NCBI GenBank assembly: GCA_903835965.1
Contig: CAILOT010000064.1
Coordinates: forward strand, 1,252-65,251
Length of the DNA stretch: 64,000 nucleotides
Direction: 5' to 3'
Source: an uncultured Opitutia bacterium
GTDB lineage: Bacteria; Verrucomicrobiota; Verrucomicrobiia; Opitutales; UBA953
Shown: positions 57,005 through 64,000 of the stretch, one piece after another
How the letters are laid out: each line of letters opens with the position of its first letter
Position numbering within the stretch: the stretch's first letter is position 1
Made by a program: the position numbers and the translations under genes
The notes under the pieces: generated by a model
The model's input: the letters and a program-made list of their open reading frames with translations, nothing else
Told to the model about the DNA's origin: nothing
The model's database searches: none

Positions 57005-58732
57005 TTAGCGGCCCAACCACTTCAGCACTTCAGGCAAGGAACGGGTGTTCAGCACCTGGGCGGAGGTTAACCATCCCTTACGCGCGATGCGTACGCCGTG
57101 TTCGATAAAACTTAAGTGCGCGAAGTCATGGGCGTCAGGGTTGATCGAACATAGCACCCCCTTCTCGGCGGCTCGACGCCACCATCGCCAATCCATGTCC
57201 AACCGCCAAGGGTTGGCGTTAAGTTCGATGATCGTGTCATTCGCCGCGGCCGCATCGATAATCTTACCGACGTCCACGTCGTAAGGTTCGCGCTTGTTGA
57301 TCAATCGTCCGGTGACGTGTCCGATCATGTCCACGTGTTCGCTTTCGATGGCCCGGATGATACGAGCCGTCTGCGATTCGCGGTCTAACGTGAAAAGGTT
57401 ATGCACCGACGCGACGACGAAATCGAGCCGCCCGAGTAAATCGTCGGCGTAGTCCAACGTGCCATCGCGCATGATGTCCACCTCGGAACCCGTCAGCAGG
57501 CGTACCTTGAATTTTCCCGATGCATTGAGCTGCGCGATCTGATCCATCTGGGCGAGCAGCCGTCCTTCATCCAAACCATTGGCCTGGAAACTCGACTTGG
57601 AGTGATCGGAGATCCCGAGGTATTCCCAACCCATACGCTCCGCCTCTTTCGCCATCTGCTCTAACGTATGGACGCCATCGGAGGCGGTCGTGTGATTATG
57701 AAATGCTCCGCGGAGGTCTTTCATTTCGACCAAGTGTGGAAGTGATTTCGACTCTGCGGCGTCAATCTCGCCCGCGCCTTCGCGGAGTTCGGGCGGAATC
57801 CAAGGCAGGCCGAGCGCCTGGAAAACTTCCGCTTCGCTTTGAGCACCTGGTGCCTGCACGCCTTCGGCTGTCGCCTTGAAGCCCCATTCGCTCATGCTCA
57901 AGCCACGCGACAGTGCGCGATGCCGCATCGCGACATTATGGTCTTTGGAGCCGGTAAAATGGTGTAAGGCGAAAAAGAACTGCTCTTCGGGCACCACGCG
58001 TAAATCCGCCTGGAGACCAGATTCAAACCGCACGCTGGATTTTGTCTCACCGTGAGCGGTTACTTCTTTGACGCCGGGATAAGCGACAAACCAATCCATG
58101 ATCGGCTTGGGGTCGGCCGCCGCGACGATGAAGTCCAGGTCGCCCACCGTCTCGCGGGCGCGGCGTAAAGAGCCAGCTGACTCGGCGTGCTTGACCTGGG
58201 GCAAGGCGCGCAGGCCGGCTAAGATAGGATTAGCGACTTCCGCGGCTTCGTACCATCGATGGCGCAAGCTGTAAGCGACGCGATTCTTAATGCCTTCGAG
58301 AATCTTCGTCTGGGTTTTTTCGCCGAAGCCCTTGAGTTCGGCGACCTTCCCGGATTCGCAAACTTCTTTCAATTTGGCCAAGTCTTCCACGCCCAAGAGC
58401 GTCCAAAGCGCGCGGACTTTTTTCGGTCCAAGGCCTTGAATCTGCATGATCTCCAGAAGTCCGGCAGGAATTCCCGCGCGGAGTTTTTGGTGGAAAGGTA
58501 AAATGCCGTCGCGCCGTAAGGTCGTGATTTTATCCACCAGCGCTTCGCCCATGCCGGGAATCTCGCCCAAGCCACCGGTCTTGATGAGCTCATCCAAATC
58601 TTCGGTCATGGTCTCGAGGATCCGCGCGCCCGTGGAGTATGCCCGGATCTTAAAAGGGTTCTCCCCCATGAGCTCCATCAGGGTCGCAATTTCATCCAGG
58701 ACCGCAGCGATGTTGTTCTTTTCAAGCATCAC
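57005..58732 (-). CDS. polX: DNA polymerase X family protein with a C-terminal PHP phosphoesterase domain
   Basis: 575 aa. HhH motifs (IPGMGEALVDKI, IQGLGPKKV), polymerase beta palm (GSLRRARETVGDLDF), and PHP (HNHTTASDG..., ISDHS). Confidence 0.9.
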   Translation of the reverse strand: MMLEKNNIAAVLDEIATLMELMGENPFKIRAYSTGARILETMTEDLDELIKTGGLGEIPGMGEALVDKITTLRRDGILPFHQKLRAGIPAGLLEIMQIQGLGPKKVRALWTLLGVEDLAKLKEVCESGKVAELKGFGEKTQTKILEGIKNRVAYSLRHRWYEAAEVANPILAGLRALPQVKHAESAGSLRRARETVGDLDFIVAAADPKPIMDWFVAYPGVKEVTAHGETKSSVRFESGLQADLRVVPEEQFFFALHHFTGSKDHNVAMRHRALSRGLSMSEWGFKATAEGVQAPGAQSEAEVFQALGLPWIPPELREGAGEIDAAESKSLPHLVEMKDLRGAFHNHTTASDGVHTLEQMAKEAERMGWEYLGISDHSKSSFQANGLDEGRLLAQMDQIAQLNASGKFKVRLLTGSEVDIMRDGTLDYADDLLGRLDFVVASVHNLFTLDRESQTARIIRAIESEHVDMIGHVTGRLINKREPYDVDVGKIIDAAAANDTIIELNANPWRLDMDWRWWRRAAEKGVLCSINPDAHDFAHLSFIEHGVRIARKGWLTSAQVLNTRSLPEVLKWLGR

Positions 58733-59316
58733 CGGGATTTTTCCTGCTGGTAGATGCCTTGCAAGGCACTGAAGTCAGCTTCGCGGCTGCCGCTCTCGAT
58801 GACATGTTGATATGCGTCGGCATGCTTAAGTTCTTCAGAGGCCGTCGCGACCCGGCGATCAATCTCATCGAGCGGATCCGTCCCGCGGCCAGTAAGGCGT
58901 CGGCGGAGTTCGACCGGATCGCTCACCCGGATGAAGACGGTCACGAGCGCGGCGGCCAAGCGAGTGTCCGCCGTACCCTTGGCACGAATCGTAGCGGCGC
59001 CTTGGACGTCGACGTTAAGCAGCGCGTCAAATCCCGCGTCCAGATGTTGCGCTACATCGGTCAAGCGAGGTCCATAAAGATTACCATGAACGACAGCGTG
59101 CTCTAAAAATACCCCGGCTTTCACTTGGGCTTCGAAATCCGTCCGCGTCAGAAAATAATAGTCGACCCCATCAGCCTCTCCGGCCCGCGGCGCGCGGGTT
59201 GTGCAAGTGATCACCCGACGGATCGCGCGCGGATTCGCTTCGGTGAGACGCGAGCAGAGCGTCGTCTTGCCGCTTCCAGCCGGACCCGAAACCACGATGA
59301 GCAACGCTCGGCTCAC
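58729..59316 (-). CDS. gmk: guanylate kinase
   Basis: 195 aa. SGPAGSGKTTL, TTRAPRAGEADGVDYYF. Confidence 0.9.
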   Translation of the reverse strand: MSRALLIVVSGPAGSGKTTLCSRLTEANPRAIRRVITCTTRAPRAGEADGVDYYFLTRTDFEAQVKAGVFLEHAVVHGNLYGPRLTDVAQHLDAGFDALLNVDVQGAATIRAKGTADTRLAAALVTVFIRVSDPVELRRRLTGRGTDPLDEIDRRVATASEELKHADAYQHVIESGSREADFSALQGIYQQEKSR

Positions 59317-59840
59317 GACACGAATGACGCCAGCAAGCAGGCGACAGCTAGCAGACCCAAGATGATACCGAGCCCCTTATGTCGGGCCGGCGTGCGCAAG
59401 ACCCAGTCGCATTGGTTTAAAAACGTGGGCGGTGAATAAGCCCACCAAAGACCGAAGACGACGAACAGGCCATAGCTGAGCGTGGCATCCAGCAGGCTAC
59501 GCGGTAATTGCCGATACCCTGCGTCGAGCGTGAAGCGGGCTAAGAAAAGCATCAGTACTCCAAGTGAACGGATGGAAAGTAGATCCGGCATGTAGCGGAG
59601 TGTCGCGAGGCTTGCACCTAATAAGACCACGACCACGGGTAAGCGTGGTAGGCCAGCCAGATCTGGCTCAGGCATGTTCATCAACCACCAGCCGAACCAG
59701 GCCGTCGCCGTCAAGGTCAATGTCACCGTGGCGAAGCGCGAACGGCGAAAGGTCTGCAGCACCGGCGAGGCCGTGAAGACCAGATAAGCGGCAAGCAGCA
59801 GAGCGGCCGCCAGTGCGTAGTAAGCTTGAGCGAGGGACAC
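59313..59840 (-). CDS. hypothetical polytopic membrane protein
   Basis: 175 aa with about 5 hydrophobic segments. 4-nt overlap with gmk. Confidence 0.5.
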   Translation of the reverse strand: MSLAQAYYALAAALLLAAYLVFTASPVLQTFRRSRFATVTLTLTATAWFGWWLMNMPEPDLAGLPRLPVVVVLLGASLATLRYMPDLLSIRSLGVLMLFLARFTLDAGYRQLPRSLLDATLSYGLFVVFGLWWAYSPPTFLNQCDWVLRTPARHKGLGIILGLLAVACLLASFVS

Positions 59841-59885
59841 GGGACTAAATTAGGGCAAGCCAGGAGCCCGAGGCAACAAGTAGGT

Positions 59886-60893
59886 TTACCGATGGTGAAT
59901 CCGCTCGACCGCCCAAGCCGCATGTTCGGCCACCATCGCATCGTTGTGCGTAAGGAGCTTTTCGATCGCGGGCAAATCACCCTTGGTTCCGACATTGCCG
60001 AGCACCGTCAGGGCGTTACGCCACCAGCGGTGGAGCCCCAGACGGGAGACCGGGGTGTTCTGGAAGTGTTCCGCAAATTGAGCGGATGTCCAAGCAAGGG
60101 TCTCGCGTAGCGGGGGGTGGGCCCGTGGGACGAACGCCGCCTCGCGCGTTTGTTCTGCCCAACGATTCCATGGGCAGACGTCCAAGCAATCGTCGCAACC
60201 GAAAACCCGATCGCCCAAGGCTTCGCGATATTCCAAAGGAATCGGACCAGGATGCTCGATGGTCAAATAGGCCAGGCAGCGCCGCGCGTCTAATTTATAG
60301 GGGGCGATGATGGCCTGCGTAGGGCAGGCTTCGATGCATCGCACACAAGTCCCGCAGCGATCTGGCTCTTGCCGCTTGGCCGGTTCCAATTCCAACGTCG
60401 TGAGAATGACCCCGAGAAAGAGCCAGGTGCCCTTACTGCGGTGAATCAGAATCGTGCTCTTACCCTGCCAGCCCAATCCCGCCGCCGCCGCCATCGGTTT
60501 TTCAAGGACGGGGCCGGTGTCGACGTAGGGCTTTTGGGCGCCTCCCATTGCTTCCATCAATTGGCAGAGTTTTTGGAGCCGGGGTAGAATGACATCGTGG
60601 TAATCGGCCCCTAAGGCGTATTTGGCGATGCGATAGCCTGCGGACGGATGTGGCTGCCAGTAATTAAGTCCGACGACGATCAGACTCCGGGCCTCCGGTA
60701 AGACTTTCGTGGCATCCGTACGCCTTTCCGGATTACGGGCCATCCATTTCATTTCGCCGTGCATCCCGTCGGCGATCCATTTTTTAAAATAATCTGCGCG
60801 CACGTCGGTATCGACGGGGGCGACTCCAAAGGCATCGAAGCCCAAGGCGGTCGCTTCGGCCTGTAATCGCTCCCGGAGGGATTGAGCGTCCAT
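59886..60893 (-). CDS. queG: tRNA epoxyqueuosine(34) reductase
   Basis: 335 aa. CGTCVRCIEACPTQA and CDDCLDVCPWN 4Fe-4S motifs. HEAT-like C-terminus. Confidence 0.9.
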   Translation of the reverse strand: MDAQSLRERLQAEATALGFDAFGVAPVDTDVRADYFKKWIADGMHGEMKWMARNPERRTDATKVLPEARSLIVVGLNYWQPHPSAGYRIAKYALGADYHDVILPRLQKLCQLMEAMGGAQKPYVDTGPVLEKPMAAAAGLGWQGKSTILIHRSKGTWLFLGVILTTLELEPAKRQEPDRCGTCVRCIEACPTQAIIAPYKLDARRCLAYLTIEHPGPIPLEYREALGDRVFGCDDCLDVCPWNRWAEQTREAAFVPRAHPPLRETLAWTSAQFAEHFQNTPVSRLGLHRWWRNALTVLGNVGTKGDLPAIEKLLTHNDAMVAEHAAWAVERIHHR

Positions 60894-60896
60894 GCC

Positions 60897-61445
60897 TCAG
60901 CCTAAGATCGACAACACGCGGCTGACGATCTCATCCACGGGCGCTAATTTTCCGAGCCCTTCGTAACCGCAGGCGAGCATCCCTTCCGCAGGTTCCACGA
61001 TCGCATGACCGCGAGCCCGAAGGGTCTTCAGATTTGCCTGGGTAGCGGCATGTTCATACATCTTTCCATTCATCGCCGGGCAGAGCAGCACCGGCCCACG
61101 CGTTGCAAGGTAAACACTCGTTAAAAGGTCAGGGGCAAGGCCATGGGCAAACTCCGCCATCACATGAGCGGTGATAGGAGCGACCAGCAAAAGATCGGAT
61201 GAGTCGGCCAGCTCGATATGGCTGGGCTGGGAGTTTTTCCCTTCTTCCCACAGGTTAACACTGACCGGTCGGCGGGATAAAACTTGCAGGGTCAACGGCG
61301 AGATGAATTGCGTCGCCCCTTGGGTCATGACCACCTGGACCTCGGCGCCGTATTTCACCAGCTGTGAGATTAAATCTGCTGCCTTATAGGCGGCAATGGA
61401 GCCCGTGACCCCGAGGGTGATTCTTTTGCCAACGAGCTGAGACAT
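60897..61445 (-). CDS. flavoprotein, phosphopantothenoylcysteine decarboxylase-like (stand-alone CoaC/HFCD domain)
   Basis: 182 aa. GVTGSIAAYKAADLISQL and PAMNGKMY, as in the CoaC half of CoaBC. No CoaB domain is attached. Confidence 0.7.
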   Translation of the reverse strand: MSQLVGKRITLGVTGSIAAYKAADLISQLVKYGAEVQVVMTQGATQFISPLTLQVLSRRPVSVNLWEEGKNSQPSHIELADSSDLLLVAPITAHVMAEFAHGLAPDLLTSVYLATRGPVLLCPAMNGKMYEHAATQANLKTLRARGHAIVEPAEGMLACGYEGLGKLAPVDEIVSRVLSILG

Positions 61446-61629
61446 AACAGAACTTAAGATGATAAGGTGGCCCCGTGAGGCGAGGGGAAAGGCTAAGCCA
61501 TGACTTCGATGGCCGGCTTTCCGAGGACGGCGAGCCCCCGTTTTACCCAGAAATCCTCCCTTTTACCTCACCTATCGGGCTTTTCTTGTTTGCCATGCCT
61601 GCCCTCGCAGGTTGCCATTACCCCCTACT

Positions 61630-63126
61630 ATGCAATCCGACATTGGTCTCATTGGTCTGGCCGTCATGGGCCAAAACCTCGCCCTCAACATCGCCGACCA
61701 CGGCTTTGCGATTTCCGTCTATAACCGGACGACCGCTAAAACCGACGAGTTTGTGAAAGAAAACCCCAGCACGCCCGGCAAGCTGACGGGTTGCCCGACT
61801 ATTCGGGATTTTGCCGCCTCTCTGAAAAAGCCACGTAAAGCGGTCATCCTCGTCAAAGCCGGCGCCCCCACCGATGCAGTCATCAATGAGCTCGCGAGCG
61901 TCTTTGAGGCCGGGGACATCATCATCGACGGCGGTAACGCGCTTTGGACCGACACCATCCGCCGGGAGCGCGAATTAAAGGCCAAAGGACTTCGCTTCAT
62001 CGGATCGGGCGTATCCGGCGGCGAAGAAGGTGCCCGCTTCGGCCCATCCCTCATGCCAGGCGGCGACGCCTCGGCTTGGGCTGAAATCAAACCCATCTGG
62101 GAGGCGGTTGCTTCCAAGGTCGATGCCGTCACGGGCGTCGAACTCACGGGCGCAAAGCCTGGCAAGCCTATCAAGGGAGGCGTTCCATGCGTCGCTCACA
62201 TCGGCCCCGACGGCGCCGGCCACTACGTGAAGATGGTCCATAATGGCATCGAATACGGCGACATGCAGATGATCTGCGAAGCCTACGACTTGATGCGCGG
62301 TCTTCTCGGCATGACCCCCGATGAAATCGGTACGGTCTTCGAAGAATGGAACAAGGGTGACCTGAATTCCTTCCTCATCGAAATCACCGCCAAAGTGCTG
62401 AAGCAGAAAGATCCGGAAACCGGCGTTCCGCTGGTTGACGTCATCCTCGACACCGCCGGCCAAAAAGGCACCGGTAAATGGACCAGCGCCAACGCCCTCG
62501 ATATGGGTGTCGCCGCTCCGACCATCGCTGAAGCCGTCTTTGCTCGCTGTCTCTCAGCCGTGAAAGATGAACGCGTCGCCGCCGCCAAAGCGCTCCGTGG
62601 CCCCAAGCGCGCGATGACCAATCCCGACAAGGCGAAGATTGTCGAACAGATCCGCGAAGCACTCTTCTGCTCCAAAATCTGCTCCTACGCCCAAGGCTTC
62701 CAACTCATGCGCGAAGCGCAGAATGAATATAAGTGGAAGCTTAACTTCGGTGAAATCGCCCAAATCTGGCGTGGCGGTTGCATCATCCGCGCGCGCTTCT
62801 TGCAAAAAATCACCGAAGCTTTCGGCAAGAAGCCTCGTCTGGCTAACCTTCTGCTCGATCCTCACTTTAAGAAGACCGTCAAGAAGGCCCAGAAGAACTG
62901 GCGCAAGGTCATCGCCCTCGCCGTCAAGCATGGCATCCCGGTGCCGACCTTGGGCTCAGCCCTCTCCTACTTTGACTCTTACCGCACCGCGAACTTGCCG
63001 CAGAATTTGCTGCAAGGCCAACGTGACTTCTTTGGAGCGCATACCTACGAGCGCACCGACAAGCCGCGCGGACAGTTCTTCCATATTGATTGGCCGGATC
63101 CTAAGCGTCCGCAGATCAAGGCCTGA
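61630..63126 (+). CDS. gnd: 6-phosphogluconate dehydrogenase (decarboxylating)
   Basis: [20 protein letters not shown] (NADP fold), [28 protein letters not shown] and [11 protein letters not shown]. Start at 61630. Confidence 0.95.
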   Translation: MQSDIGLIGLAVMGQNLALNIADHGFAISVYNRTTAKTDEFVKENPSTPGKLTGCPTIRDFAASLKKPRKAVILVKAGAPTDAVINELASVFEAGDIIIDGGNALWTDTIRRERELKAKGLRFIGSGVSGGEEGARFGPSLMPGGDASAWAEIKPIWEAVASKVDAVTGVELTGAKPGKPIKGGVPCVAHIGPDGAGHYVKMVHNGIEYGDMQMICEAYDLMRGLLGMTPDEIGTVFEEWNKGDLNSFLIEITAKVLKQKDPETGVPLVDVILDTAGQKGTGKWTSANALDMGVAAPTIAEAVFARCLSAVKDERVAAAKALRGPKRAMTNPDKAKIVEQIREALFCSKICSYAQGFQLMREAQNEYKWKLNFGEIAQIWRGGCIIRARFLQKITEAFGKKPRLANLLLDPHFKKTVKKAQKNWRKVIALAVKHGIPVPTLGSALSYFDSYRTANLPQNLLQGQRDFFGAHTYERTDKPRGQFFHIDWPDPKRPQIKA

Positions 63127-63145
63127 TAGCCTTGACGGAAACAGT

Positions 63146-63176
63146 AAGGGCGTCCGCGAGGACGCCCTTCTTATTT
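63146..63176. terminator. rho-independent terminator between the convergent gnd and outer-membrane-factor genes
   Basis: AAGGGCGTCCgcgaGGACGCCCTTcttattt. Confidence 0.6.
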
Positions 63177-63183
63177 GGCGGAA

Positions 63184-64000
63184 TCACTGAGCAGACCAAC
63201 CGCCGCCGGTCGCCGCGGCGAGTCTCACCGCGACCTGCCGACGCTCCCAGACGACCATCGAGAGCGTGCGCGCCGCCATGGCTTCATCTCGCCGTGCGAT
63301 CATGATATCGTTTTCGTTCGCGATGCCAGCCTTACGACGGGCTTCGGCATTGGCGAGCCGGACGCGCACCGCCTCCAACACTCGAGCGGTCAAATCTTCT
63401 TGCAAGGCGAGTTCGCGTAAATCGGCGAGCGCATCCTCGACTTCGCGAAAGGCACCGAGCACGGCCTTGGTCCACTCACCAGCGGAGCCATCAATGCGGG
63501 CACGGGCGACCTCGAGGTCGGCTTCGCGGCGACCAGCGTCGAAGACCGGCAGATCAATCGAGGGAGTGAGCGTCCAGAAACTTGATGAGCCACGGCCGAC
63601 ACGCGAAGCCGGATCGGCCTGCCAACCGGCCTGGCCATTGAGCGTGACCGAAGGATAGAAGTCGGCAATCGCCGCACCTTCGCGCGCAACTGCGGCATCG
63701 AGATGCGCGGCGGCGGCGGCGAGGTCGGGACGACGAAGCAGAAGTTCCGAGGGTACGCCGGCGCCGAAGGCAGGCATCGCGGCGGAGCCTTTTGCTTCAG
63801 GCAACTTGGCGCCGGGAGTAGAACCGATGAGCGCACGGAGAGCATTCTCCGCCGCGGCAAGGCGGCGGCGGCCGAGACCTTCGTCGACTTTGGCTTGCGC
63901 AGCCGCAAGACGTGCGGAGGAAAGCGGGTCGGAGTCGAGCAGCCCGGCGACGACCGTCTTCTCCACGATTTCCATCTCGCGAAAGCGTGTGGCGAATTCG
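63184..64000 (-). CDS. efflux transporter outer membrane factor (NodT/TolC family); C-terminal part only, N-terminus beyond the window
   Basis: The reading frame stays open to the right window edge. It shows the TolC-type repeat pattern (PSVTLNGQAGWQ..., PVFDAGRREADLEVARA..., ALGGGW-like end ATGGGWS). Confidence 0.8.
   Translation of the reverse strand, partial: EFATRFREMEIVEKTVVAGLLDSDPLSSARLAAAQAKVDEGLGRRRLAAAENALRALIGSTPGAKLPEAKGSAAMPAFGAGVPSELLLRRPDLAAAAAHLDAAVAREGAAIADFYPSVTLNGQAGWQADPASRVGRGSSSFWTLTPSIDLPVFDAGRREADLEVARARIDGSAGEWTKAVLGAFREVEDALADLRELALQEDLTARVLEAVRVRLANAEARRKAGIANENDIMIARRDEAMAARTLSMVVWERRQVAVRLAAATGGGWSAQ

Overview
This is a 64 kb chromosomal segment with about 58-60% GC by hand counts of sample lines. 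Its gene content points to the PVC superphylum, most likely Verrucomicrobiota. The evidence is DUF1501, PSCyt/DUF1549/DUF1553 and DUF1552/DUF1592-type gene pairs, a sulfatase, and a full type II secretion (T2SS) gene set. The window is densely coding, with about 60 CDS and 2 tRNAs.

Layout:
- 1-14.3 kb: a minus-strand block of exported or periplasmic proteins. It holds gamma-glutamyltransferase, two PVC-signature gene pairs of unknown function, a TPR-GT41 glycosyltransferase, a sulfatase and a purple-acid-phosphatase-like enzyme.
- 14.6-25.6 kb: a complete T2SS-like locus in two convergent operons. The plus-strand operon runs from a GspC/PilP-like gene through gspGHIJKLM. The minus-strand operon is gspD-E-F.
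- 25.7-64 kb: mostly housekeeping genes. These are rmuC, slyD, a purM-like gene, coaX-birA-nadC, grpE-dnaJ, hisG, aguBA, feoAB, a POT transporter, xthA, guaB, menC/menE-like, kdsA, polX, gmk, queG, a coaC-like gene, gnd and a NodT-type outer membrane factor.

The parts not explained by ordinary annotation are:
1. A sharply AT-rich two-gene island at 28.6-31.0 kb. It encodes a signal-peptide protein with two DnaJ-type CxxCxGxG zinc-finger motifs and Sel1-like repeats, plus a membrane-anchored coiled-coil protein. Neither resembles a family I can name.
2. A roughly 200-nt dispersed repeat family with three copies. Each copy starts 11-24 nt after a stop codon in sense orientation. Two inverted copies form a ~325-nt palindrome at 46.17-46.49 kb.
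3. Unusual low-complexity tails on the tip pseudopilins, and recurring Gly/Lys-rich tracts in exported proteins.
4. A SlyD with a vicinal-cysteine tail.

I saw no CRISPR array, integrase, transposase, reverse transcriptase or recognisable defence-system enzymes. All functional calls rest on motifs read by eye from the translations. No database search was possible.
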